Positions 12,732-28,720 are shown, counted from the stretch's first letter. The stretch: DNA of 64,000 nt from Eledone cirrhosa (GCA_964016885.1 OZ024741.1:274846001-274910000); one strand, 5' to 3'. Numbers and translations are program-made. Notes: generated by a model from the sequence alone, not told the origin.

Positions 12732-12735
<4 letters not shown>
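12595..12735 (-). mobile_element. family F7 3' fragment
   Basis: Reverse complement of the 57190-57326 tail; (TA)n flanks. Confidence 0.7.
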
Positions 12736-12794
<59 letters not shown>

Positions 12795-12798
<4 letters not shown>

Positions 12799-12994
12799 AG
12801 TGGTTACACAACAGTTAGTTGACCATACCGAGAACAATTGTTTCACCTTAACGGATCCTTACGAGCTGAGGATCCGCTAAGGTGAAACAATTGTTCTCGG
12901 TATGGTCAACTAACTGTTGTGTAACCACTTCTACCTAACTCGTCCCATGGACTGAGTGCTCTACCACTACGGATATTACCTTCCAGTGTTCTAC

Positions 12995-12998
<4 letters not shown>
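12795..12998 (+). mobile_element. fold-back element F5 with complete hammerhead
   Basis: About 65-bp arms 12795-12859 / 12869-12933, right tail with ACTC-GTCC-cat-GGAC-T-GAGTGC; (TA)n flanks. Confidence 0.8.
12860..12902 (+). ncRNA. minimal type I hammerhead ribozyme
   Basis: CGAG CTGAGGA T-CC-GCTAA-GG-T GAAA CAATTG TT CTCG: 4-bp stem I, palindromic stem III, GUU site. Confidence 0.75.
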
Positions 12999-13049
<51 letters not shown>

Positions 13050-13065
13050 CATACATATATATATG

Positions 13066-13132
<67 letters not shown>

Positions 13133-13489
13133 TTACATGCATACATATATATATATGTGTGTGTGTATATATATATATTTATATATACATACACATATAT
13201 ATATATATACATATATACATATACATATATATATATATATGTATTTGTGTATGTGTGTCAGGCACACCAGCACTTCATTCAGACCACCACCACCAACACC
13301 ACCACCACCACCAACACCAACACCACCACCACCACCACTACAATAACAACAACAAACCCAATAATAGGTGGACGTGTGATAAAGGAGCTAAGAGTGTAAA
13401 GTCATCTAAAAATGGCGACAGCGTTTATTAATATTGAAAATTAATTTTAATGAAGAAAGTATTTTTTGGTTCAGATTTTGACAGGACTG

Positions 13490-14280
13490 TGTGTGTATGT
13501 ATATGACTGGACAATGTGTTTGTGTGTAGATGTATGTGTATCTGTGCGTCGGTGTGGCGTTGTGTGTGTTTCTGTGTGTATGTATACGACTGGGTAATGT
13601 GTTTGTGTGTAGATGTGTGCGTCGGTGTGGCGATGTGTGTGTTTGTGTGTGTATGTATACGACTGGGTAATGTGTTTGTGTGTAGATGTATGTGTATGTG
13701 TGCGTCGGTGTGGCGATGTGTGTGTTTGTGTGTGTATGTATATGACTCGATAATGTGTTTATGTGTAGATGTGTGCGTCGGTGTGGCGATGTGTGTGTTT
13801 GTGTGTGTATGCATACGACTGGGTAATGTGTTTGTGTGTAGATGTATGTGTATGTGTGCGTCGGTGTGGCGATGTGTGTGTTTGTGTGTGTATGTATATG
13901 ACTCGATAATGTGTTTATGTGTAGATGTGTGCGTCGGTGTGGCGATGTGTGTGTTTGTGTGTGTATGCATACGACTGGGTAATGTGTTTGTGTGTAGATG
14001 TATGTGTATGTGTGCGTCGGTGTGGCGATGTGTGTGTTTATGTGTGTATGTATATGACTGAGTAATGTGTTTGTATGTAGATGCATGTGTATGTGTGTTT
14101 TGTGTGTATATATGTATGTGCGCGTCGGTGTGTCGATGTATGTGTTTATGTGTGTATGTATATGACTGAGTAATGTGTGTATGTCGATGCGGTGTGTGTG
14201 TGTGTGCGTCGGTGTGTCGATGTGTGTGTATGTATGTGTATGTACGTGAATGTATGTGAGCGTCGGTCTGACGATGTAAA
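13490..14280. repeat. GT-derived minisatellite, about 156-bp higher-order unit
   Basis: GACTCGATAATG at 13744 and 13900; recurring GCGTCGGTGTGGCGATG subunits. Confidence 0.85.
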
Positions 14281-15220
14281 TTTGTGTGTGTTTATATGTG
14301 TGTGTATGCGCGTAGATCTGCCGATGTGTTTGTATATGACTGAGTTTGTGTACATGTGTATATGTATGTGTGTGCATGTGTATGTAGGTGTGTCCATGTA
14401 TCTGTCTGTGTGTGTTTGTATGTGTTTGCGTGAAGATATGCGTATGCGTAGGGCTGTATGTGTAGAGTTATCAGTGTGTAGATGTATGTGTGTGCATATT
14501 TGTGTTTGTGTGTGTGTATAAATGTGTGCAGAGCAACCGGTGTATGGATGTATGTGTGTGTACGTATGTGTATGTGTGTGTTGAAATGAGTGTGTAAGGA
14601 TGTGTATGTGAAAGTATGTGAAAGTAGAGGAATCAGTGTATAGATGTATATGTGTGTGGAAATGAATGTGTAAGTGTCTGTATGACTTGGTGTATAGTTT
14701 TTAGTAGGTCTGATTACTCAAACACTTACACATATACGGCGTGACATATAAACATGCACACAGAAACATATACACACAAATACACACACGTGCATACATA
14801 CATGCACGCATACATACATACATTTTTTTTTACTCACAGACATATACTTATAAACATACAAACATACATTGTCATATGTACGTACATACACACAAATACA
14901 TACATACATACTTACATACATACATACAAACATACAAACATACATACATACATACATACATACATACATACATCCATACATACATACATACATACATACA
15001 TGCATGCATACATACATAAATACATACATACATTCATGCATCCATCCATCCATACATACATACGTACATGTTTTACTCACAGACTTATAAACTTACAAAC
15101 ATACATTGTTATATATACGCACAGACACATACATACATACATGCATACATGCATACATACATACATACATACATACATACATACATACATACATACATAC
15201 ATACATACATACATACATAC

Positions 15221-15645
15221 ATGGTGGCTGCCAACTCGTTTTCGAGTACGGCCACTAATTTATATCCATGTAGGAGAACTCCCACCGATGCGCTGAACTA
15301 GTGTGACTTTTTAGTCCAGCCAGCAACTTGAAAACTCTGGTACAAACACTACACTTGTGACAATTATTGACACATAGTGCTGGGCCCATGGTACCATGTG
15401 ACGACAAGTGCGGAGTGATCTCCAGATATAAAGCAATGCCTGTGCCGTGAAGCTTTTATAGTGAGCAAAGGCACTGCGCAAAGCCAGTCCCACTCTCTTA
15501 ACCAAGATGATATTTACCAAAAAGAAGAACAAGTCAACATCATTGGATACCATCAGGGTTGCAGGTGTTATATCAGAGTTTCCCTTCTCCTAGAATTCTG
15601 CCTTGACAAAAGCTAAGGGGTTATCTCTCCCGGTGATTTTGGATA
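15221..15645 (-). mobile_element. non-autonomous RTE-derived element, 5'-truncated
   Basis: Near-identical to 16432-16855 and 47564-47983; (ACAT)n on both sides. Confidence 0.65.
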
Positions 15646-16172
15646 CATACATACATACATACATACATACATACATACATACTTAGTCTCCACTCATATA
15701 CATCTATAGCCACAGATACCGTTTCTACATAAATTTATATAAACTTGTATTCTATGCAAACATAACTATATATAAAATATATCTCTCGTCAGCTATCTTC
15801 TGTAGATGATGGCGATTTCGGTTTTTTGACAGTATTGCTCCCTCCTGAGGGGCCGGGGAACATGAATGTTAACAGAAAATTCTGGGCTCTTTTTTTTCCA
15901 TCACTGTAGCCACTAGTTACTAATATCGTGTGAGTTGAATTTGGTTGATGGTATGGGTAAAGACCCCCTTTAGTCACAAATGACCATGGAATACGCACCT
16001 AGAGAGTTTCGGTCCGAGGCACAAGTCCGGGCAAGTTTGTGGAAAACCAACAGTGACCCACGCATACCAGTTTTCCCTCTCCATGCCATCGATGTTGTCC
16101 AAGGGAAATGCAAATGCCAATACAACTTGACACCAGTGACATCACAACTCACTTCTACAGCTGAGTAAGATC

Positions 16173-16233
<61 letters not shown>

Positions 16234-16325
16234 CTAGAAATTGATTGACATATATATATATCTAAAATAAACATATGAAACAATGTCTCTCCGACATGAC
16301 TACCTTAATTTAATTTTGGATATAT

Positions 16326-17042
<717 letters not shown>

Positions 17043-17096
17043 ATATATATATACATATATATATATATATACATATATATATACATACATTCACAA

Positions 17097-17127
<31 letters not shown>

Positions 17128-17306
17128 AACATGAATATATATGGGTATATATATAAATATGAATATATATGTGTATATATATATATATATATAATATTTT
17201 TACATATATAATGTCTATAATATATATCGAGTGTGTATATATGATACTTATGTATATATAATATATTATGTATACATATTTTATCTGTTCTTGTGTATAT
17301 GTGTAA

Positions 17307-17338
<32 letters not shown>

Positions 17339-17527
17339 ATGTGCGTGTGCGTGTGTTAATATGTGTGTGTGCGCATGTGTGTCAGTGTATACATGTATAC
17401 GTGTGTCTACACACATATATAAACTTTAACATGCACTCACTTTTTCACACCTTCAATTACGTGTACACACCTCCACTCACACCCACTCCCATATACACCC
17501 ACTCACACTCTCTCACCCTCTCGTGCG

Positions 17528-17623
<96 letters not shown>

Positions 17624-17869
17624 AATCAGACCTTCTGTTCAGTTGCAGCGACAGAAATCTGTTTCTGGTTTCCGGTGTATCACGTGACTATTTTAGGAAT
17701 GTCGTTCTCTGACCTTTCATTTATTTATTTCATTCAGCCATTGTTAACGTAAAATTAATTTCTGCTGCATCATGGCGCTGGGTGGGGCTTCCGGGGGATG
17801 GGGTTGGTGAAGGAGGGTGGGGTCAGTTCGATCCACTTTCGCATGTATTTCTTTTTCTTTCGTTAACTC

Positions 17870-18505
17870 TTACACTTCCATATTACTAATGAAATACACC
17901 CTACACTTACATATTACTAATGAAATACAGCCTACACTTCCATATTACTAATGAAATACAGCCTACACTTCCATATTACTAATGAAATACACTGTCTGCA
18001 CTTACATATTACTAATGATATACAGCTTACACTTCCATATTACTAATGAAAGACACTGCCTACACTTCGATATTACTAAGGAAACACACTGTCTACACTT
18101 CCATATTACTAATGAAATAAAGCCTACCCTTACATATTACTAATGAAATACACTGTCTGCACTTACATATTACTAATGATATACAGCTTACACTTCCATA
18201 TTACTAATGAAAGACACTGCCTACACTTCGATATTACTAAGGAAACACACTGTCTACACTTCCATATTACTAATGAAATACAGCCTGCACTTACATATTA
18301 CTAATGAAATACAGCCTACACATCCATATTACTAATGAAATACACTGCCTACACATCCATATTACTAATGAAATACACTGCCTACACTTACATATTACTA
18401 ATGAAATACACTGCTTACACTGCCATATTACTAATGAAATACACTGTCTACACTTACATATTACTAACGAAATACACTGCTTACACTTACATAGTACTAA
18501 TGAAA
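17870..18505. repeat. 31-33 bp minisatellite
   Basis: About 20 units of CATATTACTAATGAAATACA(CT)GCCTACACTT(A/C). Confidence 0.92.
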
Positions 18506-18544
18506 TGTGTCCTCTTAACCTAATTCTCAGGAAGATTCAGTGTG

Positions 18545-18709
18545 ACACAGTGTTAATTACAGGTAGAGTCCATCTGATGAACTTCCATACTGTTTCCTTA
18601 TACCATATTTCACTCCCATGGTCCGAGGTTATAAGATACTCACGTGTCTTGCTGTGGGATCGAACTTGTGACCTGACGATGTGAAGTGTACCTCTTAACC
18701 GTTCCGCCA
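18545..18709 (-). mobile_element. old tRNA-headed SINE (different family)
   Basis: Minus strand TGGCGGAACGG (A box) ... AGTTCGATCCC (B box) at tRNA-like spacing; no full cloverleaf. Confidence 0.5.
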
Positions 18710-18734
18710 TGATGGGCTTACTCACAGCGCTGAT

Positions 18735-18832
18735 GACAATAATAGTAATAACAACAACAATAGCAGCAGCAACAACAAAAACACAACAACAACAACAACA
18801 ACAGCAACAACAGCAACATCAGCAACAACAGC

Positions 18833-18863
<31 letters not shown>

Positions 18864-19322
18864 GCAACATCAGCAACAACAGCAACAACAACTACAACAA
18901 CAGTAACAACAACAACAACAACAACAATACTAGCATCATCATCAAAAAAGCAACAACAACAATAACATCAACAACAGCAGTAACAACGACAGCGACAACC
19001 ACAGCAATAGGAACACCAACATCATCAACACCAACAGCAACAATAGCAACAGCAACACCGAGAACAACAACAGCACCATCATCAACAAAAATAAAAACAA
19101 CAACAACAATAACAATAACAATAACAACAATAACAGCAGCAGCAATAGAAACAACAACAACAACAACAACAATAACAACAATAACAGCAGCAACAATGGA
19201 AACAACAACAACAACAACAATAACAACAATAACAGCAGCAACAATAGAAACAACAACAACAACAACAACAATAACAACAATAACAGCAGCAACAATAGAA
19301 ACAACAACAACAACAACAACAA
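18735..19322. repeat. (CAA)n/(CAG)n trinucleotide tract
   Basis: Direct reading. Confidence 0.95.
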
Positions 19323-19866
19323 GTTAATTAAGACAAAACAAATCTGTTATTTACAACAGAACGTTTTTTTTGGTGTGGGTGGGAGGGTATTGAGTGAAAA
19401 GTTTCTTTAAAGGAAATCTCAGGATTAAATAAAAGTAACCCCCGTCGCCCTTCACAGCTTCCAGCACCACACACCACATTCACCCCTACACCTATTTCTT
19501 CAATCTTCAGATGTTCTGCTCCTGGGGGTATTGCTAAGGTCGATGGTGGTGAGGAGCAGAGGCAGGGAGAAAGAGAGATTTAATATTCATCACCGAGAGA
19601 AGGAAGTGTCAAAATTGAGCCGAGTAAAATCCATGTTTTGATACGCCACTAATGAAAAGTATAAACTTCTTCATTCCAAACCCTAATCTTTTCTCTTCTC
19701 TTGTTAACGGTAGAGATTAGGGAGCATATGAAGGATTTCCTGCCAAAAAAGATAGGGTATAGAAGCTTGTCTAGGCATCATAGAGTTATCCAGCCTTCAA
19801 CAGAGAGGAAAAAGAAAGCATTTGTGGGTTTAACATAATTATGATATTTGCTTATAAGATTGCTTT

Positions 19867-19961
<95 letters not shown>

Positions 19962-19963
<2 letters not shown>

Positions 19964-20149
19964 CGGAGGAAATGTGGTAAGGAACCAGATGGACCATAAC
20001 GCACCAAAGTACTCAATACTTAGGGTAGTAGAGTGGGTAATAGGAACAAGTAGGACCCCGACGGCTGAGCTCAAGCCGTTTCGTTCTTTATTTAGTCCAG
20101 AATTAGCCGTCGAAACGGCTTGAGCTCAGCCGTCGGGGTCCTACTTGTT

Positions 20150-20151
<2 letters not shown>
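19962..20151 (-). mobile_element. fold-back element family F1
   Basis: Same arms and tail as other F1 copies; asymmetric apex; (TA)n flanks. Confidence 0.75.
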
Positions 20152-20185
<34 letters not shown>

Positions 20186-20241
20186 TATATATATATGTGT
20201 GTGGGTGTATGTATGTATCTATGAATGTATTTATCTATGTA

Positions 20242-20279
<38 letters not shown>

Positions 20280-20351
20280 TGATGCTGCTCGGCGTGATGT
20301 CATTTCATTTCCTAGTTGATGGTGTCTATCCATTTAGAGAATATATACATA

Positions 20352-20538
20352 TATCTATCTATCTATCTAAGGCGGGTAAAATTCCCGAGATCCATGGACG
20401 AGTTCTCTCCAGCGGTCTCTGTCCCTCATTATCGCTGCCATGTCCTGCGACTCCAACAGACCAGTGTCTGTCCTTAGGGCATCAACATACGTTAACCTTG
20501 GTCTTCCTCTTCTAGTGTGTCCATGTAGGGGCTCCCAA
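20352..20538 (-). pseudogene. 3' fragment of an RTE-clade LINE with (TAGA)n tail
   Basis: Minus strand translates WEPLHGHTRRGRPRLTYVDALRTDTGL...MRDRDRWRELV then stop, immediately followed by TAGA repeats. Confidence 0.75.
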
Positions 20539-20556
20539 ATTTATTAATTATATATA

Positions 20557-20627
<71 letters not shown>

Positions 20628-20743
20628 CACGAATAAACACAGTGATGAATGCTAAAACCCGAGAACCTAACATCTTATTAGGTTCATGAATCATTTACTT
20701 TGCCATTGTTTTTTATCTTTGAAATAATGAAATAGTCTTCGTT

Positions 20744-20819
<76 letters not shown>

Positions 20820-20864
20820 GAAAATAAACCAAAGAAGCCTTCAATACATCAAAAGTCTTTATTA

Positions 20865-20902
20865 GCCAACAATGTTTCGTCCTATTAAGGACTCATCAGG
20901 GC
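20865..20902 (-). ncRNA. minimal type I hammerhead ribozyme in the Penelope-like 3' end
   Basis: Minus strand GCC CTGATGA GTCC-TTAATA-GGAC GAAA CATTG TT GGC then TAATAAA; same strand as the ORF. Confidence 0.75.
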
Positions 20903-22716
20903 AATTAAAGCTATAAGAAGCACTATCGGCCAATACAAGCCAAAAACTCAGAAGAATATGGAGTGTACATACATTAAAGCATAGGAAAATTATCGAGTAA
21001 AAATTATCAAATAAAAATTGCTAAGGAAGTGAATAACATTTTGAACCATATTACAAATATAGTACAATGTAAAAACTAAAGCTAAACAAAGGTGGTGATA
21101 TAGAGCGGGAATTATTGTACTATATATAATATAATATAATATAATATAATATAATATAATATAATATAATTGATAATGATAATAATAATATTAAAAGGCC
21201 CAATATACATATATATATATATACATATGTACACATATATACATATATATCAATACACATTTCCATCAGTACAAGCACAAACTAACACTTATTAAGAGTT
21301 TAAATATAAATAAAAATAATAAGAATAAAAATAAAAATAAAAATAAAAATAAAAATAAAAATAAAAATAAAAATAAAAATAAAAATAAAAATAAAAATAA
21401 AAATATAATACATATATTATTTACAGTATAAAATGAAGAAGAAATGAGTAAAAGTAAACATAATATATAATATACTATATAATTATATAATTGATAATCT
21501 CCGGTTAATTTGCACAAACAATATAAATGTTACAATAACACTATAATAACAATATTATAATATATTGGCATATAACTTAACAAATCATATAGAGTTACAG
21601 ACAGGGTGAGAAAAAATATCATACAGAACTAAATTATGTTGGAAAAATTGTGCTGGAAAAATATCAATACCATTGCAAGAAAACAGATGGAGGTCAAGTT
21701 TTTATACAATTGGTATAAATAAATATTATCCAAACATTACAAACATTATAAAAATATAAACATATTACAGAATTTACAAAATTTAACATAATGGTACATT
21801 TAATAATCGGTAAATAATTAAGATCAATAGTACGTTTACAAAGAGTGGAATGATATAACAACTTCAATATCAAATAATGAACATAGTATAATATACATAA
21901 TTACGTGGTTGGTGGACAGACATTTGTGAATAAGTGAATAAGAACCAGACAGAAAACTACGCACGGTATAAATATATAAATAAAATCAACCGGAAATCGA
22001 AAAACAAAAACAAAAGTATTTACTTAGGTGTCACATGCGGTTAAGTAAAAAATTTAGGAAACAAACCCGGATAAATGACTAGAAAACCCTATTAAATTAA
22101 TTAATATTGAAAGTATTTAAAATACATAATAAGTCAATACAAAATTAGCTATGGTTTAAGTAATCAAAATCTCCAAAGTTTAAGATATCTCAATAAAAAT
22201 ATCCAGAAAAGAATGAAATATTCTACTATCAGTTGAATAACGTTATCTAATAAACGGACTTTAAATAGAATTATGGTAGGCCAATGGGGACAGAAAAAAG
22301 AAATGTATGGAGGATACGAAGGAGCATAAAATCATAATCAATATACTGTATTATACAATAGAAAGGAGCATAAAAGGGAATTGAATATAATTATAGTATA
22401 ATTGAAGGGGCGAATGACAAGTGTGTGTGTGGGGGGGGGGGATTAATTATCTAAAGAAGAATCCAAATAAAATAAAATAAAATAATATAAAATAAAATAT
22501 ATAATCAGATATAAACTCATAAGGTGTTAATAGTGAAAATATAATATTTAAGAAGATAGATATGGTATGGTAGCCAAAAGACTATGAAAGCTAGATTGAA
22601 AAGCTGTTAAAAACCAATAATAATAATGATGGTGGTAAACAAAATGAACCTAAACTAAAAAGATAAGGGAATATAGCAGCTAATGGATACAATTTACACT
22701 ACCAGAACCTTTAGGT

Positions 22717-23550
22717 TTATAATAAAAGTAAGAATTTGAAATGGCGTGGGGGGCAAGAAGAGAATATCTCAGACTTTCTATTAAGTAAGGTTTCCCTAGA
22801 GAAAATTATAGAGTGGGTCTCAAGGATACAGAGATTACAAAATTTAGTATGTGTTGATAGGTTATTAGAGCGTGCTACTATTCGCCAATTAAGGCTATAT
22901 GGTATATTAGCCCCCTTAAGATCCCAGATATGGTGTGCTAAAGAAGTAGAATTCTTAAACTTAACATGTTTAAAATTAGAAATATGAGAATTAAACCTAG
23001 TCTTAAAAGTGTTAGATGTTGAGCCTATATATGTGCTATTAGAGGAATTAGTTTTTACACAAGCATAAACGATGTTCTTAGAGAGGCAGTTACCGTTTAA
23101 AGGGCAGTTAACACTCACTCTACAGTTACACTTCCGGGTGCTATTGATCGGCTGAAGTAGTGATGCATCACACGTAGGGTTACTATGAGATAAGGTCTGC
23201 TCAGGTGGTAAGGCATTTATGGATCTATTCAGACTAGTAGTACGTAGAGAGGAGTATCCATCCCTAATTTTCCCATTGTTAGTGCTAGCTAAATGAGAAC
23301 TAATATTAGGGGTGGTAGAGAATGAAAGTTTAATTACATTTTTATTAAAAATACCATGGTATTTATTAGTAGGAGGGAAATTTTTCTCTAAGATAGAAAA
23401 GAAAGACCTACGGATGTTAGTTAATACTTCCTGATTATATGGCGGGTTAAAATAAGTATTTAGTCTCCTATTTTTATCCTTACCAACTCTACCGTTATCT
23501 AATATCCCATTATTAAGATTTGGGTTACTACAAGGACTAGTTAAAACCAC
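22717..23550 (-). CDS. Penelope-like RT C-terminal region/linker plus GIY-YIG endonuclease (partial; RT catalytic core absent)
   Basis: YFNPPY...NFPPTNKYHGIFNKNVIKLSFS, CNCR..CPLNGNC, IVY...YIGST..FKTRFNSH, TSLAHHIW, CNLCILE, LLNRKSE. Confidence 0.85.
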   Translation of the reverse strand: MVLTSPCSNPNLNNGILDNGRVGKDKNRRLNTYFNPPYNQEVLTNIRRSFFSILEKNFPPTNKYHGIFNKNVIKLSFSTTPNISSHLASTNNGKIRDGYSSLRTTSLNRSINALPPEQTLSHSNPTCDASLLQPINSTRKCNCRVSVNCPLNGNCLSKNIVYACVKTNSSNSTYIGSTSNTFKTRFNSHISNFKHVKFKNSTSLAHHIWDLKGANIPYSLNWRIVARSNNLSTHTKFCNLCILETHSIIFSRETLLNRKSEIFSSCPPRHFKFLLLL

Positions 23551-23654
23551 TTTATTAGAATCAGCTCTGTTTAATTACATTGAGCTATACCTTTACTGTC
23601 ATTTCTATAATACGAAGAGGGTGTTTAACTCCAACACACTCTAGTATTTTAATT

Positions 23655-23708
<54 letters not shown>

Positions 23709-23712
23709 TATT

Positions 23713-23784
<72 letters not shown>

Positions 23785-23819
23785 ACATATATACATATAT
23801 ATATATATACATATAAATA

Positions 23820-23855
<36 letters not shown>

Positions 23856-23866
23856 CATATATATAC

Positions 23867-23957
<91 letters not shown>

Positions 23958-23992
23958 TATACATATATATACATATATATACATATATATAC

Positions 23993-24023
<31 letters not shown>

Positions 24024-24082
24024 CATATATATATACATATATATATACATATATACATATATATATACATATATATATATAC

Positions 24083-24540
<458 letters not shown>

Positions 24541-24541
<1 letters not shown>

Positions 24542-24992
24542 TAGACCTGAAAAATGCGCAAGCTCAAAAGAGCCACAGAATGTTATAATAAACCTTCAAA
24601 AGTGTGAGACTAGAGTTGTTGCTCAAAAATATTGTAATCATTATCTATCGTACACTCTGTGGCATCCTTTTATAAAAAATAAAAAAAGAGACTCATAACG
24701 AACTCAAGACGACGCGATAATTATTTAACCTAATGTTCAATATCTCATATTAGATGTTTAGTAATGATTAATACGAAATGTACTTAAACCGAATTCTATA
24801 TTATAAATTCACGTAAATAATTATCGTGTCGTCTTGAGTTCGTTATGAGTCTCTTTTTTATAAAAGGATGCCACAGAGTGTACGATAGATAATGATTACA
24901 ATATTTTTGAGCAACAACTCTAGTCCCACACATTTGAAGGTTTATTATAACATTCTGTGGCTCTTTTGAGTTTGCGCATTTTTCAGGTCTAG
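24541..24992. mobile_element. MITE-like element with about 185-bp inverted repeats
   Basis: CTAGACCTGAAAAATGCGC...GCGCATTTTTCAGGTCTAG, about 90-bp spacer, few mismatches. Confidence 0.7.
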
Positions 24993-25317
24993 TTTAATAT
25001 TTTTTTAAGGCAACGCTTGTAATAACTCTAGTTAAACCTGATATATATTAATAATAAATTATCGTTGTAATGTAATTAGCTTATATAATTGTTATTTTAT
25101 AAATGATCTTATAAATATTATTGTAAGATGTATAAAAATATTTTCAGACTTTTAATATAAACAACTACAAAAAACAATCAAAATTAAATAAATATATTTT
25201 ACATAATAATTGTTATAGTTGAATAATAAAAATTAAATATTACATACAAATAGTCTAACATAATAATAAAAAGATAATCTAACATAATAATAATAAAATA
25301 ATCTAACATAAAACGAA

Positions 25318-25500
25318 TAATTGTTTCTACTTTAGGCACAAGGCCAGCAATCACCCAGTGCATTACGGGTACTTTATTTTATCGACCCCTTAAGGGTGAA
25401 AGGCAAAGTCAACCTCGGCGGGATTTGAACTCAGATCGTAAAGGGACGTAACTATGCTGGAAAGCATGGTGTCTGACCCTCTACCGATACTGCCAATCCA
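25318..25500 (-). mobile_element. tRNA-derived SINE
   Basis: Reverse complement of the 6260 family. Confidence 0.85.
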
Positions 25501-25905
25501 ATGGACAAATATACAAGCAAATATGACGCAACCAATATTATAAGCAATATTACAAACTGAAAAAATAGTTAATATAAATTTAAAAAATCATATATAAATT
25601 AACAATATAACTTACCAAAACGAGAAAATATTTTGATGCTAAACGACGAAATACAGGAGGAAGATTCGAAAGCGAAACGATAAATAAACGTGCAAACAAA
25701 ATGGCGGATGCTTTTAAGCAAAAATTATTTTCGTTATTAGCCAATAAGACGATGAAATTAGCCAATAAGACTATACATTACAAACATGTTTGGCAGCAAT
25801 CATCACCACGGCCAGCGACACCCCTTTAATTTTTTATTCACAAGCTACGTATATATGTCAGTCACGCAGACTTAAAACATTATATTGTTAGTCATTGCGT
25901 GTCTA

Positions 25906-26003
<98 letters not shown>

Positions 26004-26004
26004 G

Positions 26005-26037
<33 letters not shown>

Positions 26038-26050
26038 GTACATATATATG

Positions 26051-26099
<49 letters not shown>

Positions 26100-26192
26100 G
26101 TATATATATATGTATATATATATATGTATATATATATATATGTATATATATATATGTATATATATATATGTATATATATATGTATATATATG

Positions 26193-26223
<31 letters not shown>

Positions 26224-26236
26224 GTATATATATATG

Positions 26237-26313
<77 letters not shown>

Positions 26314-26719
26314 ATATATATATATATATATGCATGTATATATATGTGTGTGCGTGTGTGTATGTATGTATGTATGTATGTATGTATGTATGTATGTATG
26401 TATGTATGTATGTATGTATGTATGTATGCATGTATGTATATATAAAATCGAATATCATTTCGTTATTTCAAAGATCAAGAACAATGACAGCAAGGTAAAT
26501 GATCCATGGTTTTAACGTTCTGCAGTGATTAGATGATCTAGATTTGTTATATCTAGTGATCAACTACAGCTACAGACTGTGTCTATCAGATATTCAGTGA
26601 TGAGTAACAGATGATGTTTAACTGTTCAGTTAACGGCAGTAGACTCTGTCTCTATATATATTTATTGATCAACAAAATGTCTACAATCTCAACAACTTCG
26701 GACAGTTTTTTGACACAAG

Positions 26720-28720
26720 GCCGTGACTACATACTTAACTACACACTGTCTATTTATTTAGTAAACGACACAATACCCTGACTACATACTTAACAACTAC
26801 ACACTGTCTATCTATTTAGTAAACGACACAAGACCCTGACTACACACTTAACTACACAGTCTATCTATTTAGTAAACGACACAAGACCCTGACTACACAC
26901 TTAACAACTACACACTGTCTATCTATTTAGTAAACGACACAAGACCCTGACTACACACTTAACTACACAGTCTATCTATTTAGTAAACGACACAAGACCC
27001 TGACTACATACTTAACAACTACACACTGTCTATCTATTTAGTAAACGACACAAGACCCTGACTACACACTTAACTACACAGTCTATCTATTTAGTAAACG
27101 ACACAAGACCCTGACTACACACTTAACAACTACACATTGTCTATCTATTTAGTAAACGACACAAGACCCTGACTACACACTTAACTACACAGTCTATCTA
27201 TTTAGTAAACGACACAAGACCCTGACTACACACTTAACAACTACACACTGTCTATCTATTTAGTAAACGACACGAGACCCTGACTACACACTTAACTACA
27301 CAGTCTATCTATTTAGTAAACGACACAAGACCCTGACTACACACTTAACAACTACACACTGTCTATCTATTTAGTAAACGACACAAGACCCTGACTACAC
27401 ACTTAACTACACAGTCTATCTATTTAGTAAACGACACAAGACCCTGACTCCACACTTAACTACTACACACTGTCTATCTATTTAGTAAACGACACAAGAC
27501 CCTGACTACACACTTAACAACTACACACTGTCTATCTATTTAGTAAACGACATAAGACCCTGACTACACACTTAACAACTACACACTGTCTATCTATTTA
27601 GTAAACGACACAAGACCCTGACTACACACTTAACAACTACACACTGTCTATCTATTTAGTAAACGACATAAGACCCTGACTACACACTTAACAACTACAC
27701 ACAGTCTATCTATTTAGTAAACGACACAAGACCCTGACTACACACTTAACAACTACACAGTCTATCTATTTAGTAAACGACACAAGACCCTGACTACATA
27801 CTTAACAACTACACACAGTCTATCTATTTAGTAAACGACACAAGACCCTGACTACACACTTAACTACACAGTCTATCTATTTAGTAAACGACACAAGACC
27901 CTGACTACACACTTAACTACACAGTCTATCTATTTAGTAAACGACACAAGACCCTGACTACACACTTAACTACACACTGTCTATTTATTTAGTAAACGAC
28001 ACAAGACCCTGACTACATACTTAACAACTACACACAGTCTATCTATTTAGTAAACGACACAAGACCCTGACTACACACTTAACTACACAGTCTATCTATT
28101 TAGTAAACGACACAAGACCCTGACTACACACTTAACTAAACAGTCTATCTATTTAGTAAACGACACAAGACCCTGACTACACACTTAACTACACACTGTC
28201 TATTTATTTAGTAAACGACACAAGACCCTGACTACATACTTAACAACTACACACTGTCTATCTATTTAGTAAACGACACAAGACCCTGACTACACACTTA
28301 ACTACACAGTCTATCTATTTAGTAAACGACACAAGACCCTGACTACACACTTAACAACTACACACAGTCTATCTATTTAGTAAACGACACAAGACCCTGA
28401 CTACACACTTAACAACTACACACTGTCTATCTATTTAGTAAACGACACAAGACCCTGACTACACACTTAACTACACAGTCTATCTATTTAGTAAACGACA
28501 CAAGACCCTGACTACACACTTAAAAACTACACACTGTCTATCTATTAGAGTAAACGACATAAGACCCTGACTACATACTTAACAACTACGCACTGTCTAT
28601 CTATTTAGTAAACGACACAAGACCCTGACTACACACTTAACTACTACACACAGTCTATCTATTTAGTAAACGACATAAGACCCTGACTACACACTTAACA
28701 ACTACACACTGTCTATCTAT
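26720..28720. repeat. 53-58 bp satellite array, left part
   Basis: Unit AAACGACACAAGACCCTGACTACACACTTAA(CAA)CTACACA(CT)GTCTATCTATTTAGT, roughly 35 copies; degenerate units further left. Confidence 0.97.

Larger units (their letters stand above)
20818..23575 (-). mobile_element. 5'-truncated Penelope-like element (Neptune-like)
   Basis: GIY-YIG ORF, about 1.8-kb AT-rich 3' region, terminal hammerhead then AATAAA, (TA)n at or near both ends; boundaries approximate. Confidence 0.75.

Noticed and set aside
15970-16170. Short ORFs as a host exon
   Set aside because: No recognisable domain; sequence resembles a dispersed cephalopod repeat from memory, which I cannot confirm
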